Source: Gemmatimonadota bacterium (lineage in GTDB: Bacteria; Gemmatimonadota; Gemmatimonadetes; Palauibacterales; Palauibacteraceae). From it: a DNA stretch of 64,000 nucleotides. Below, piece by piece: positions 9,580 to 20,116 of this stretch. Location: NCBI GenBank assembly GCA_039589195.1, contig JBDHHV010000001.1:59634-123633 (forward strand). The letters are read 5' to 3'. The notes under the pieces are model-generated. The model searched no databases, was not told where the DNA came from, and saw only the letters and a program-made list of their open reading frames with translations. Each line of letters opens with the position of its first letter. Position 1 is the first letter of the stretch. Made by a program: the position numbers and the translations under genes.

Positions 9580-10802
9580 GCGAGCTTCCCCTTCCAGCCC
9601 CGCGGGAGCTTCAGGTCATCGGCCCCCGTGAACTCGGCCAGGCTGGCCAGCGACTCGCGGAGGCCGGTGACGAACCCGCTGCCGCCGTCGAACCCCTCCT
9701 CCAGGTGCAGCGACTTGATCTCCAACAGACCGCGATCGCGGTGCAGCTTCGGGTCGAGCCGCCCCACCAGCCGGCCCTCGTGCAGGATGGGGAGCACGTA
9801 GTAGCCGTACTCGCGCTTGGCAGGCGGGACGTAGATCTCGATCCGGTAGCGGAAGTCCAGCAGCTCCTCCGCGCGCTCCCGCCGCCACAGCAGGGAATCG
9901 AAGGGACACAGCAAGGTGGTGCCCGCTGGGGCGGACAACGCGTCGAGTCCGTCCAGATGCTCGGGAAGCGCGTAGCACGAGCCGCGCACACCGTCCACGC
10001 GCACCGTCACGATCCGCCCTTTCCTCAGGTTGCGCGCGATCACGCGTTTCCGATCGGGGGCCTTGAGGCTCGGCGCCGTCCAGTAGTTGAGCAGGTGCCG
10101 CTCGCTCGCGATCCCGTTGCCCGAGAGCCCGATCAGGAGCCAGCTGTCCTCGAACTCGGTCGGGGTCGCGACATCCCCCTCCGGATAGACCCGTTCCGCC
10201 AGGTCGTACACGCACCGGAAGTGGCGACGCTCACGGACCGCGACCCGTCCGTCGTGCCACAGCAGCTTGAGTGAGCGCTTGTCCTCCTTCGGCATCGGCA
10301 TCGCGCCCCCGAGCAAGCGCGGATCGCCGAGCTTCTCGTTCGTTCGCTCGAAGTCGGCGCTCTCGAGCGGACCCTCCGCTCGCAGCCGCTTGAGGACACG
10401 ACGCTTCGACGCGATCGAGGTCGCGTACACCGACCACCACGCCTTCCCGCTCCAGCTCTTGGGCGGAAAGCGTCGCATGCGGCGCCGCCCGAGAGGGAGG
10501 TGCGAGATCGGAAGAATCGAGGCTTCGTGCCCCCAGTACTCGTACGCGGCCGCGTCTCGATACAGCCACCGATCGATCTTCTTGCGGTCGTACGCGCCGA
10601 AGCGGCTCCACAGGGTCAGATAGTGCGCGCGATCGAGCACGTTGATCGTGTCGAGCTGGAGGGCGCCGGTGCGCTCCAGGTGATCGGTCAGGTTGGCGCG
10701 CGTCAGTGACTCTGATCCACGCGGGCGATCGAGACCTTGCCGCTGGAACCAGAGCCGGACGGCGCTCTCGCGATCGACGCGGGGCGGAGACGTGGATGCC
10801 AT
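9576..10802 (-). CDS. ycaQ: DNA interstrand-crosslink repair glycosylase, YcaQ/AlkZ (HTH_42) family
   Basis: LQLDTINVLDRAHYLTLWSR (QxD motif), YEYWGHEAS, LLCPFDSL, YRIEIYVP..KREYGYYVLP. Confidence 0.85.
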   Translation of the reverse strand: MASTSPPRVDRESAVRLWFQRQGLDRPRGSESLTRANLTDHLERTGALQLDTINVLDRAHYLTLWSRFGAYDRKKIDRWLYRDAAAYEYWGHEASILPISHLPLGRRRMRRFPPKSWSGKAWWSVYATSIASKRRVLKRLRAEGPLESADFERTNEKLGDPRLLGGAMPMPKEDKRSLKLLWHDGRVAVRERRHFRCVYDLAERVYPEGDVATPTEFEDSWLLIGLSGNGIASERHLLNYWTAPSLKAPDRKRVIARNLRKGRIVTVRVDGVRGSCYALPEHLDGLDALSAPAGTTLLCPFDSLLWRRERAEELLDFRYRIEIYVPPAKREYGYYVLPILHEGRLVGRLDPKLHRDRGLLEIKSLHLEEGFDGGSGFVTGLRESLASLAEFTGADDLKLPRGWKGKLA

Positions 10803-10940
10803 GGCGTACGTATAACGCACGCCGACGCTTTCCGCATGCAGACAGGGAGTGTGCCGGCCGAGTGAGGAAGCGCGAGGGCCGGCGGCGTGGTTGGGAGGCT
10901 GGGAGGCCACCGCCAGGCCCTCACGCCGAGCTGTAGAGCG

Positions 10941-12059
10941 TTACATCTCCTCAGACCAGGTGCCCGGCTCCTCGACCATCGGACCGAGGCCCCGAAGCGC
11001 GAGCCGGATGTTGCACGAGTGATATTGGAAGTCCCAGTTCCCGTTCGCCTGAACGGGATTCACCGAAGCTTGATTCAGCAGCAGGTTCAGACCGGAGACG
11101 ACGGCCCCGCGCACCGTCTGACTGCCGTTGCTCGTCACGTCGTCCCCCACGAGGATGAGTCCATCCCACCGCAGATTACCGCCCAGGGCGATGTCGTTGA
11201 GCACGATCAGCGTGCCACGACCGCTCATGGTCGGATCCATCTGATAACCGGGCTGGTCGATCAGAATGACCGGCCAATCCCCCTGAGCGACCCGGCTTCG
11301 AAATCTCGGGTACCCCGTCTGCGAGACGACGTAGTCGAACCCGACGTAATTGCCACTGATCAGGCTCTGCCACGGGATCTTCGTGGCCTGGAGCATGGCC
11401 ATCGCGACGCTGCTCGAATCGACGGCGGGATTCCCGGCGAAGCCACGCGTCGGAGGCGCCCCGCTAGCGGGGGCGATTGAACTGGCGTTGAGTAGCCCGC
11501 GGGTCTGGAGGCCCCCGGGCGGCACGACGAGGCCGGCCACGTTCTGCGTGCCCCCGATCGAGCAATCCGCGGGTGTCGCCGCATCGATGCCCGAGACCAG
11601 CCCCGCCGCGCCGTTCTTCTGTAGACCGCCTGGTGCGACGACGGCCGCAAAGAGGTTGAATGGTGCCGGAGCCTCCAGCACTGTCCTGCTCAGCGTCCTG
11701 GTAGCTCCGAGCCCATCCGCCTGTGTGTACGTACCGCGCGAGAGCACACGCCAGAGCGCACTGGCATTGTCCACCCTCACCAGCGGTTCTCCCCACACGT
11801 AGGTCGAACCGGGAGGAAAGGTGTACACCTGGGTGTCCGTGGAGACGTGGCCCCACGCCAGGTAGTTCGCGAGCCCGGCATCCGCCATGTAGAAGGCGTC
11901 CACACTGCTGCGGTGATTCTCACTCACGCGGAGATCGGTGTGAGACAGGAGAAAGCCCGCCGTAGAGATCGCCGTGAGGGCAAGAAGGGCCAGGAGGGTG
12001 GTCGCGAGGGCAAACCCGCCCTGGTCAAGGCGTTGCATGTGTCGTTGCCGCACTTCCAC
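10941..12059 (-). CDS. PilX N-terminal-like minor pilin/pseudopilin protein (alternative start 12038)
   Basis: Class III signal QGG/FALATTLLALLAL followed by AFYMADAGL, typical of PilX_N; C-terminal GRGTLIV..GNLRWDGLILVG repeats. Confidence 0.7.
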   Translation of the reverse strand: MEVRQRHMQRLDQGGFALATTLLALLALTAISTAGFLLSHTDLRVSENHRSSVDAFYMADAGLANYLAWGHVSTDTQVYTFPPGSTYVWGEPLVRVDNASALWRVLSRGTYTQADGLGATRTLSRTVLEAPAPFNLFAAVVAPGGLQKNGAAGLVSGIDAATPADCSIGGTQNVAGLVVPPGGLQTRGLLNASSIAPASGAPPTRGFAGNPAVDSSSVAMAMLQATKIPWQSLISGNYVGFDYVVSQTGYPRFRSRVAQGDWPVILIDQPGYQMDPTMSGRGTLIVLNDIALGGNLRWDGLILVGDDVTSNGSQTVRGAVVSGLNLLLNQASVNPVQANGNWDFQYHSCNIRLALRGLGPMVEEPGTWSEEM

Positions 12060-12441
12060 AGGGACCCCCGCGGTCAGCCCACATTTTTTCCCGGTCGGCC
12101 GCCAACCTGTCGCCTGACGTCGACGGTTCCCGAGTATCCGTGTCCTGCACTACGACCGACGATGACGTGCAAGCGAAAGACCGTCGCAGGGCCGCGATAG
12201 CCGACTCGCGATAGTGACATCCGCGCAATAGGCGTAGTGATAACATGTTAGAGGCCATCCCTCTGGTTCGTGACCGGGTCAGGTGTGGCCCGGCTCCGTC
12301 AGAACGCGGCCTGGCCGCGGGCAGACCGAGCCGCAGTTCGCCCCTGCGGCATGCAGACCGCGGCAGGGACTCTGATCCGCGCAGGCGCACGACACTTTTG
12401 GCCCTCGACGGACCCATTCTCCGGACGTAGGTTCGCGGTCC

Positions 12442-13065
12442 ATGGCCATCATCGACGCCATCGCGATCGCGTGTGCGATCCTCGCGCTCTTCTTCTTCCT
12501 CGCCAGCTCCGGCTCGTTCCGCGAGCACCACTGGGTGTTGGGTGTCGTGACACTGCTCCTCGGCTCCACTCTGTTCGTTGCGGGCCTCCTGTTTGGGGCG
12601 ATCGCCGTGGGTACGCAGGGATACCGGGCGCTTACGGGCGAGGATGTCGCCGTGACCGTCACCACAGAGCGGATCTCGTCCGACTCCATCCGCGCCAAGT
12701 TCACGTTCCCCGGCGGGATCAGCCGAACGTACCGGATCGCCGGCGACGCCATCCAACTCGAGGCCCATGTCCTGAGATGGGGTCCGCTCGTCACCCGACT
12801 GGGACCGGACACGCAGTACGAGCTGGACCGTGTGTCCGGCAGTTACAGCAGGCCTATCGACCAGGAGACAAAGCCACGGACGGTCCTCTCGCTCGCCGTC
12901 CGGAAGCCACTGGACTTCTTCGATCTGGCAACCCGCTTCACCTTTTTCGACCCCTTGCTCGCGCACGAACACCGTGAAGCTTCCTTCGTCCCGGGTGGCT
13001 CGAGCCAGACATTTGAAGTGCGCGTCTCCGAGTCCGAGCTGCTCGTTCAGCGGGCTGGTGGATAG
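12442..13065 (+). CDS. Hypothetical membrane protein (2 TM plus soluble domain)
   Basis: Two N-terminal TM helices; GD..QLEAHVLRW and YELDRVSGSY segments; good codon usage. Confidence 0.7.
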   Translation: MAIIDAIAIACAILALFFFLASSGSFREHHWVLGVVTLLLGSTLFVAGLLFGAIAVGTQGYRALTGEDVAVTVTTERISSDSIRAKFTFPGGISRTYRIAGDAIQLEAHVLRWGPLVTRLGPDTQYELDRVSGSYSRPIDQETKPRTVLSLAVRKPLDFFDLATRFTFFDPLLAHEHREASFVPGGSSQTFEVRVSESELLVQRAGG

Positions 13066-13181
13066 CCGGAGGGAAACACCAGCCCCAGGCACGGGTTGTA
13101 GGTGGCGTAGGTGATCGAAAGGAGGTCGGGGTCCCGCGCGCGACGCGATGCACCCCGTTCGCGCCCGGAAAAGGATCGAGA

Positions 13182-15245
13182 ATGACGCCCCACATCGTGC
13201 GAGCTCTCGCAGTCGCGTTTCTCTTCGCGCTCATCTCTCCCGCCATCGCGAGTCTCTCTCTCCCGGCCGGATCGATCCGGAGCCATGCTATCGGAGTCGT
13301 GCTCGCACAGGAGCCGGCCCCGGAGGAGGGGTCGACCCAGGAGGAGGAGCCGGCGCCGGACCCGGAGCGGCTTCCGGACCCCGAGCACGCGTTCGATCCG
13401 CTGGACCTGCCGGCAACGGACGGGAGCCGGGCTACATCGGGCGCGCCGGGCGAGACGTACTGGCAACAGCGCGCCGACTACGTGATCCGCGTGACGCTCG
13501 ATGATGGTGACCATCGCATCGAGGGAAGCGAGACGATCACCTACACGAACAACAGCCCCGACTCCCTCCACAGCCTGTGGGTCCAACTCGACCAGAACTT
13601 GTTTCGGGAGGACAGCTACGGGGCACAGCGTGCCGACGAAGACCAGCGGCATGGCGGGTTCTTCAAGGATGGCGGGTTCGATATACAGGGCGTCACGATC
13701 GACCTCGGCGGACGGGCGTTCGCCCCCGAGTATCGGATCGATGACACGATGATGGAGGTCTTGCTCCCCGAGCCGCTCGCCCCCGGTGGGGAGCAGCTCC
13801 AGCTCGATCTGGAGTTCTCGTTCACGATTCCGGAAACGGGCGCCGATCGCATGGGTCGTCTCGAGGTTCGGCGGGGAACGATCTACGAGTTGGCCCAATG
13901 GTACCCCCGCATGTTCACGTACGATGACGTGAGCGGGTGGAACAACCTGCCGTATCTGGGCCAGGGCGAGTGGTACCTGGAGTACGGCGATTTCGATCTG
14001 GAGCTCACGGTGCCCCGCGATTACGTCGTGGTCGCGACCGGCGAGCTACAGAACCCGGAAGAGGTACTGACCCGGGAGCAGCAGGACCGACTGAGGGAGG
14101 CGCGCCGCAGCGCGACGACGATCCCCATCATCGGCGAGGACGAGGCGGGTGACGGATCGACCCGTCCGATGGGTGAAGGGCCGCTCACGTGGAGGTTCCG
14201 CGCCGAGAACGTTCGGGATGTCGCGTGGGCGGCGTCCGACCGCTTCATCTGGGATGCGGCGAGCTGGGAGGACGTGCTCATCATGTCCGCCTATCCCGAG
14301 GAATCGCTCGGTGGCCAGCAGTTCTCGGGTTGGGAGCGATCGACGGAGTATCTGCGCCACTCCATCAAGCACTATTCGGAGCAGTGGGCGCGCTACCCGT
14401 ATCCCGTCGCGATCAATGTCGGCGGTCTCGCTCTCGGGATGGAATACCCGATGATCGTGTTCTGCTCGCACCAGGCGAGGGGTGGTTTCCTGTTCGCGGT
14501 GACCGACCACGAGATCGGGCACACCTGGTTCCCGATGATGGTCGGCTCGGATGAGCGCCGGTACGCGTGGATGGATGAGGGCTTCAACACCTTCATCAAC
14601 TACTACTCGGGGATGGTGTTCTCGGGCGGGGCGCCGATCCTGGCCGCCCTGATGCAGCCCGGACAGATCGCCAACAACATGCGCTCGGCCGAGCACTCCA
14701 TGCTCACGGTCCCCGACAGCCTCGATGAGAACGAGATCGGGTTCCTGGCCTACAACAAGCCCGCCGCCGTCCTCGTACTCCTGCGCGAAAGCGTCCTCGG
14801 TCCGGAGTTGTTCGACGAGGCTTTTCGCGAGTACATCCGGCGCTGGTCGTTCAAGCACCCGCAACCGGCGGACTTCATCCGTACGATGGAGGACGTCACC
14901 GGCGAGGATCTGGATTGGTTCTTCCGGGGCTGGGTGTACGAGAACGGGACACTCGATCAGGCCGTCGCGGGTGTTCAAGTCGTCGACGACCGAACGGTGG
15001 TCACGATCGAGAACCGGGGAAGGATCGTGATGCCCCTGGAGCTGCGCTTGATCTTCCGGGATGGCACGGAAGAGTACAGGGATGTGCCGGTGCGCGACTG
15101 GTCCGAGAGCGGTCAGTTCGTGCTCGAGATCTCCGAGAAGCGGCTACGACACGTGCAGATCGATCCTGACGGCGTGCTCCCCGATGTGGACCGTTCGAAC
15201 AACGTTTGGGGCAGGGGCGTTGTTGGGAGGCGGTCGTCAGGCTAG
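13182..15245 (+). CDS. Secreted M1 family metallo-aminopeptidase
   Basis: YWQQRADY, QWYPR, GMEYP exopeptidase motif, HEIGH...WMDEG zinc ligands. Confidence 0.92.
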   Translation: MTPHIVRALAVAFLFALISPAIASLSLPAGSIRSHAIGVVLAQEPAPEEGSTQEEEPAPDPERLPDPEHAFDPLDLPATDGSRATSGAPGETYWQQRADYVIRVTLDDGDHRIEGSETITYTNNSPDSLHSLWVQLDQNLFREDSYGAQRADEDQRHGGFFKDGGFDIQGVTIDLGGRAFAPEYRIDDTMMEVLLPEPLAPGGEQLQLDLEFSFTIPETGADRMGRLEVRRGTIYELAQWYPRMFTYDDVSGWNNLPYLGQGEWYLEYGDFDLELTVPRDYVVVATGELQNPEEVLTREQQDRLREARRSATTIPIIGEDEAGDGSTRPMGEGPLTWRFRAENVRDVAWAASDRFIWDAASWEDVLIMSAYPEESLGGQQFSGWERSTEYLRHSIKHYSEQWARYPYPVAINVGGLALGMEYPMIVFCSHQARGGFLFAVTDHEIGHTWFPMMVGSDERRYAWMDEGFNTFINYYSGMVFSGGAPILAALMQPGQIANNMRSAEHSMLTVPDSLDENEIGFLAYNKPAAVLVLLRESVLGPELFDEAFREYIRRWSFKHPQPADFIRTMEDVTGEDLDWFFRGWVYENGTLDQAVAGVQVVDDRTVVTIENRGRIVMPLELRLIFRDGTEEYRDVPVRDWSESGQFVLEISEKRLRHVQIDPDGVLPDVDRSNNVWGRGVVGRRSSG

Positions 15246-15255
15246 CGTCGGGGGC

Positions 15256-16293
15256 ATGATTCGCCCCGGCTCCCGGATTCGCTCCGCGGTATCTCCCGCC
15301 GCACGCGCGCTCGTCGTCGCCGCCGTTTTGTGGTCGTGCGACGGCACGGATCAGCGAGAGACCGCCCTTGGGGCTGACGTCGCTCAGACCGCAACGCTCG
15401 CGTCGCCCCGGACCGAGGGGATCGGCGGGTCCTCTCAGGCCGCGAGCCCGACCCCGCGCGACTCAGCTCTCATCGCATACATCGCCAACGAGGGCGTGAT
15501 GGTCGTGGCCGCGGGCAAGACCGTGATCGTCGACGCCCTGTTTCGCGACGGCGTGAGCGGCTACGAGACCGTCAACAGCTCAATGCGAGAGGCGATGGAA
15601 CGGAGCATCGGGGCGTTTGGTGGAGTGGAGCTCGTACTCGCCTCCCACCACCATCCGGATCACTTCGACACCGGGGCGGTCCTCAATCACCTGCGCAACA
15701 ACCCTGTCGCGCGCTTCGTTTCCACGACGCAGGCCACGGCATTGCTCGACGCGGCATTGATCGGCGAAGCCGGAGACCCGGCAGGCGTCTCGGGGTCGGG
15801 ACTCGATGCGACGGTATTGGAGCGCGTCACGGGAGTGTGGCCGGAAGAGGGCAGAGACACGGTATTCGCGTTCGACGACATCGAGCTCCGTGTCCTCAAC
15901 CTGCACCACGGGCGGGACTTCGATCCACCGGTCGAGAACCTCGGGCTGCTCGTGACTCTGGGAGGCTTCAGGGCGCTGCACGTCGGCGACACCGAGGCCG
16001 GCGTGGAGGACTTCGCCTCGTACCGGCTCGCGGCCGAGAGAATCCACGTCGCTTTTCTACCGTATTGGAAGCTTCTCGAGGACGAGGGTGAAGAGCTCCT
16101 GAGTGAGATCGGAGCGGAGATCGTGATAGCCATCCACGTGCCCGCGACCGGGGCGCCGATCTCGTGGTTCGGTACGGCCGGTAGCCGTGAAGCGCTCGTC
16201 TCGGAATTGGAACGGACCGTTCCCGGCGTGATCGTGCTCGATGAGCCGGGCGAGACGCATCAGATCGGATACTGGCCCGCCGAGCGCCCCTGA
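15256..16293 (+). CDS. MBL-fold metallo-hydrolase, probable lipoprotein
   Basis: YIANEGV, SHHHPDHF (HxHxDH), LHVGDT, AIH; lipobox-like LWSC. Confidence 0.82.
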   Translation: MIRPGSRIRSAVSPAARALVVAAVLWSCDGTDQRETALGADVAQTATLASPRTEGIGGSSQAASPTPRDSALIAYIANEGVMVVAAGKTVIVDALFRDGVSGYETVNSSMREAMERSIGAFGGVELVLASHHHPDHFDTGAVLNHLRNNPVARFVSTTQATALLDAALIGEAGDPAGVSGSGLDATVLERVTGVWPEEGRDTVFAFDDIELRVLNLHHGRDFDPPVENLGLLVTLGGFRALHVGDTEAGVEDFASYRLAAERIHVAFLPYWKLLEDEGEELLSEIGAEIVIAIHVPATGAPISWFGTAGSREALVSELERTVPGVIVLDEPGETHQIGYWPAERP

Positions 16294-16321
16294 GGCGAGG
16301 CTCTGATAAAAGGCGAATACC

Positions 16322-17011
16322 ATGGCCGGACAGCGCTACTTCTCGAACGAGCTGTTCAAGTACCTGACCGACCTGGCGGCGAACAACGATCGGCCCTGGT
16401 TTCAATCGAACAAGGACCGGTACGATCGTCACATCAAGGAGGCCTCGCTCCGGTTCATCGAGAACTTCGCGCCACATCTTCGGACGATCAGCCGTCACTT
16501 CGTGGCCGACCCGCGTCCCGTGGGAGGCTCGCTGTTTAGGATCTACCGAGACACGCGGTTCTCGAAGGACAAGCGCCCCTACAAGACCCACGTCGGAATC
16601 CGTTTCATGCACGAGTCTGCGAAGGACGTACACGCCCCCCTCTATTATCTGCACATAGCCAGCGACGAAGTGTTCGTCGGGTGCGGGATCTGGCACCCCG
16701 CCGGCGAGGCACTGCGGAAGATCCGGGAAGCCATCGTCGACGATCCGGCGAGTTGGAAACGAGCCCGAAACGCGAAGAAGTTCGCGGACGTCTTCGAGCT
16801 GAAGGGTGATTCGCTCAAGACGGTGCCCCGTGGGTTCGACGCCGAGCACCCCATGATCGAGGACCTGCGACGGAAGGATTTCATCGGCGTCAAACCGATT
16901 GCAAAAACAGCTCTTACGGGCCCCGACCTCATGGAGACATTTACGGGTCTCTGCAAGGCCGGTGCGCCCCTACAGCGGTTTCTGTGTCGGGCGCTGGCCG
17001 TACCCTACTGA
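16322..17011 (+). CDS. DUF2461 / TIGR02453 family protein
   Basis: NNDRPWFQSNKDRY, FRIYRDTRFSKDKRPYKTH, LKTVPRGFDAEHP..EDLRRK. Confidence 0.9.
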   Translation: MAGQRYFSNELFKYLTDLAANNDRPWFQSNKDRYDRHIKEASLRFIENFAPHLRTISRHFVADPRPVGGSLFRIYRDTRFSKDKRPYKTHVGIRFMHESAKDVHAPLYYLHIASDEVFVGCGIWHPAGEALRKIREAIVDDPASWKRARNAKKFADVFELKGDSLKTVPRGFDAEHPMIEDLRRKDFIGVKPIAKTALTGPDLMETFTGLCKAGAPLQRFLCRALAVPY

Positions 17012-17014
17012 CGG

Positions 17015-17950
17015 TCACCCCGACGCGTTCGCCGCCTCCTCGGCGTCCGCCGCCAGCCGTGCCCGCTCGAGCCGCTGCCACCAGCGCCACAAGAAAAGGA
17101 AGGCCGCGGTGTTGAAGGCCACGCCCGCCCAGCCGCGCTCCGGATCGTACTGGAGCGAGGTGGCGATCCCGAGCGCCCCGGACGCCGTACCGAAGCCGAA
17201 CAGCGTATAGGCGAGGCCGTTCCAGAGGCCGTGCGAGATCGCGGCGACGAGAACCGAACCCGACACGAGTCTCAGAACGCCCCAGCTCATCCCGAGCAGC
17301 CACACGTTCAGCATGTGGACGGGGAGCTGCTGGACCGGTAACCGGAAGGACGGCTCGATCAGAGCCACCGGCAGGTGCCAGGCGGCGAAGGCGAACGCGG
17401 TCCACATGAGGATCGCTTCGGGTGCGAGCCGCGACCGCTCGAGGGTCGCCCACAGCCACCCGCGAAAGAAGCCATCTTCGGTGATCAGCGCCCCGAGCGC
17501 CGTGACGGCGGTCATCATCGAAACCTGCAAGGCGACGGTACGGACGGGCGTGTCATCGACCCGGGTCACCCCGACGGCGGTGGCCAGGAACACGATCCCC
17601 CCGACCACCAGCAGCGGGTGGAGGATCGCGGTTTGATACGACCCCCGCCCGCTCACGAAGCCCACCTCGCGGCGGCCGAGACCGGTCCGATTCCAGAACA
17701 CCGCGAGCAATACGAGCGGCGGTAGCGAGTAGAGGGTCGCATCCCCGGTGAGGAGCTCGAGTGCCGGTGACGCCGCCAGAACGGCACCCGTGCCGATGGC
17801 GGCCCAACCGCGCGGAGAGATGCGGGATCTCCACGGCTTTTGAGCCTCTTCCGGCCGTCGCTCCCTATCGCGTTCCACTGAAACCTTTGCGTTCACGCCC
17901 ACGTCCTTGGTACCGTTGGCGGCGGCCTCTCGCGTGCCGCTCGGTGCCAT
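17015..17950 (-). CDS. CPBP (type II CAAX/Abi) intramembrane glutamic protease; start uncertain
   Basis: EDGFFRGWL, FAAWH and HGLWN motifs within TM helices. Confidence 0.8.
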   Translation of the reverse strand: MAPSGTREAAANGTKDVGVNAKVSVERDRERRPEEAQKPWRSRISPRGWAAIGTGAVLAASPALELLTGDATLYSLPPLVLLAVFWNRTGLGRREVGFVSGRGSYQTAILHPLLVVGGIVFLATAVGVTRVDDTPVRTVALQVSMMTAVTALGALITEDGFFRGWLWATLERSRLAPEAILMWTAFAFAAWHLPVALIEPSFRLPVQQLPVHMLNVWLLGMSWGVLRLVSGSVLVAAISHGLWNGLAYTLFGFGTASGALGIATSLQYDPERGWAGVAFNTAAFLFLWRWWQRLERARLAADAEEAANASG

Positions 17951-17971
17951 TCCCGAAACTGTGTGCAAACC

Positions 17972-18304
17972 ATGGACCTCGAAATCCTGATCCCCCTGCT
18001 GGGCATCTTCTTCGTGATCGGCGTTCCGGTCATGTCGATCGCCGCTCATTTCGTGCTGCGCCCGCTGATTCGCGACCTGACGGAAGCGCTGCGAGGTGTA
18101 AAGGGGCGAGAGAAGGAGGACATGGCGCACCGTATCGGACGTCTCGAGGATGCGCTCCTCGAGCAGGGGCGCCAGCTCGACCAACTGGTCGAGGCCGAGC
18201 TGTTCCGCCGCCGGCTCGAGGCGGGCGAGTCGCCGGTTTCCTCGACCTCGGCGGCCGTAAAGGCGGCTGCCACTCCGTCGGTCACGCCCCCTGTGGGCAG
18301 CTAG
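17972..18304 (+). CDS. Small single-TM protein with coiled coil (PspB-like architecture)
   Basis: MDLEILIPLLGIFFVIGVPV...RIGRLEDAL...LVEAELFRRRLE; lies directly upstream of an ABC operon. Confidence 0.7.
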   Translation: MDLEILIPLLGIFFVIGVPVMSIAAHFVLRPLIRDLTEALRGVKGREKEDMAHRIGRLEDALLEQGRQLDQLVEAELFRRRLEAGESPVSSTSAAVKAAATPSVTPPVGS

Positions 18305-18329
18305 TCCCGCCTCAGGGAGAGCCACTTCG

Positions 18330-19283
18330 ATGAGCTCGGACAAACACCTCACCCCGGATGGCCCGATTATCGAGACCGCCGGGCTCACGAAGCGCTTCAG
18401 AAAGACACTCGCCGTAGATGGCATCTCGTTCCAGGTCGAGCGAGGACAGGTGTTCGGGTTCCTGGGCCCGAACGGGAGCGGCAAGACGACCACGATCGGC
18501 ATGCTCCTTGGCATCATCACGCCGACCGGGGGCGGCTTCCGGTTGTTCGGCGGGGATTCCCCGGCGGAGATTCACGCCGCCCGGCAACGGATCGGCGCGA
18601 CGCTCGAGACGCCGAACTTCTACCCCTACCTGTCCTGTCGCGACAACCTGCGTATCGCCGCAAACGTGAAGGGAAAAGGCGAGGCGGACATCGACGGAGT
18701 GCTCGAGATCGTCGGGTTGGCCAAGCGCCGGAAGACCAAGTTCAAGGCATGCTCGCTGGGCATGAAGCAGCGGCTCGCGCTGGCCGCCACGATGCTCGGA
18801 GACCCCGAGCTGATCATTCTCGACGAGCCCGCGAACGGCTTGGATCCGGAGGGGATGAGGGAGATCCGCCACATCATCCACGACCTGGCGGATCGGGGGA
18901 AGACGATCTTCCTCTCTAGCCACCTGCTATGGGAAGTCGAGAGGACCTGCACGCATGTCGCGATCATCCAGCTGGGACAGCTGATCCGACAGGCGAGTGT
19001 GGCCGAGATCACAGCGGGCACTGTCAGCGTCGGACTGCGCGGTGGTGACGACCTCAGCGCCCTCGAGACGCTCGTGGGAGAGTACCCTGGGGCCGTGTCG
19101 GTCCGGGTGCATGAAGATCGGGTCATCGCGGAGCTGGAGGAAGATGACTTCGCGTCGCTGAACCGGTTCGTAGCCGGGCGCGGCATCTACCTGTCGCACC
19201 TGGCGCGCGAGCAGCGGACCCTGGAGGACGTGTTCATGGAAGTGACCGGCGCGACCGAATCCGGGTTCGGGGAGGTCCAATGA
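18330..19283 (+). CDS. ABC transporter ATP-binding protein (BcrA/CcmA-like exporter)
   Basis: GPNGSGKTT, SLGMKQRL, ILDEPANGLDP, SSH. Confidence 0.95.
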   Translation: MSSDKHLTPDGPIIETAGLTKRFRKTLAVDGISFQVERGQVFGFLGPNGSGKTTTIGMLLGIITPTGGGFRLFGGDSPAEIHAARQRIGATLETPNFYPYLSCRDNLRIAANVKGKGEADIDGVLEIVGLAKRRKTKFKACSLGMKQRLALAATMLGDPELIILDEPANGLDPEGMREIRHIIHDLADRGKTIFLSSHLLWEVERTCTHVAIIQLGQLIRQASVAEITAGTVSVGLRGGDDLSALETLVGEYPGAVSVRVHEDRVIAELEEDDFASLNRFVAGRGIYLSHLAREQRTLEDVFMEVTGATESGFGEVQ

Positions 19284-20113
19284 GCACGACGGCCGTCCTC
19301 CTGCGGAACGAGACGCTCAAGCTGCGAAAGCGTCTCGCTTTCTGGGTCACCATGGGACTCTTCGCCTTCATCAAGGTGGTGTCGCACGGCGAGGCGTATC
19401 TTGACGCGCGCAACGATCCGGAGAAGACCTTCGCCCTCCCCGCGGCCTGGTCCCGGATCATGAGCGACGAGTCCATGGTCAGCGTCATCTTCGGCGCCGT
19501 CGTGCTGATACTCCTCGTGAGCACCGAGTTCACCTGGCGCACGGCCAGACAGAACGTCATCGACGGCCTGTCGAAGACCGAGTGGTTCTGGGGAAAGGCG
19601 GCCTTGCTCCCGATCGTCGGGGCGATCTTCATCTTCTCCCAGATCCTCATCGGGGGAGGGTTCGCGTTGGCGGGTACGGATCTGGCCGCGGCCCGGAGTG
19701 CGATCGTGGGAGGGCCCTTCTTCCAGGCTCTGGGCGGGTTTTTCCTGGCCTTCTTCGTGATGGGGAGCCTTGCATTCGCCGTCGCGCTCGCGATTCGTTC
19801 ATCCGGGCCGGCCATGGCCGCCTGGTTTGCCTGGATCGGGTTTGGCGAACGTCTGGTCGTTCTGGGTCTGGGTCGTCTGTTCGAGGGGCTACGGCCGGCC
19901 CTGGGATACCTGCCGTTCGGAACTTCGCTCAAGCTCCTGGACTACGACGCGTTCGACCCGGCGGCATATCAGCGTGCGGTCGAGGCGGCGGAGGCGGCGG
20001 GACGCGCGGCACCCGAACCCGTCGCGGTTGGCACGGCTGCGCTCGTGGCGTTCGGTTGGATCCTCCTGCTGGCGGCGATCTCGTACCTGTGGTTCCGGAA
20101 ACGGGATCTCTGA
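19280..20113 (+). CDS. ABC-2 type transporter permease
   Basis: ATGA overlap with the ATPase gene; EFTWRTARQ, six TM helices, C-terminal FRKRDL. Confidence 0.88.
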   Translation: MSTTAVLLRNETLKLRKRLAFWVTMGLFAFIKVVSHGEAYLDARNDPEKTFALPAAWSRIMSDESMVSVIFGAVVLILLVSTEFTWRTARQNVIDGLSKTEWFWGKAALLPIVGAIFIFSQILIGGGFALAGTDLAAARSAIVGGPFFQALGGFFLAFFVMGSLAFAVALAIRSSGPAMAAWFAWIGFGERLVVLGLGRLFEGLRPALGYLPFGTSLKLLDYDAFDPAAYQRAVEAAEAAGRAAPEPVAVGTAALVAFGWILLLAAISYLWFRKRDL

Positions 20114-20116
20114 GCG

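Noticed and set aside
17951-18520. ORF-track N-terminal extensions (CPBP to 18520, VOC to 45332, yitJ from 59929, ACT from 8420, ATP-grasps to 27820 and 29291)
   Set aside because: They overlap bona fide neighbouring genes and precede better starts supported by motifs, RBS or stop/start overlaps.
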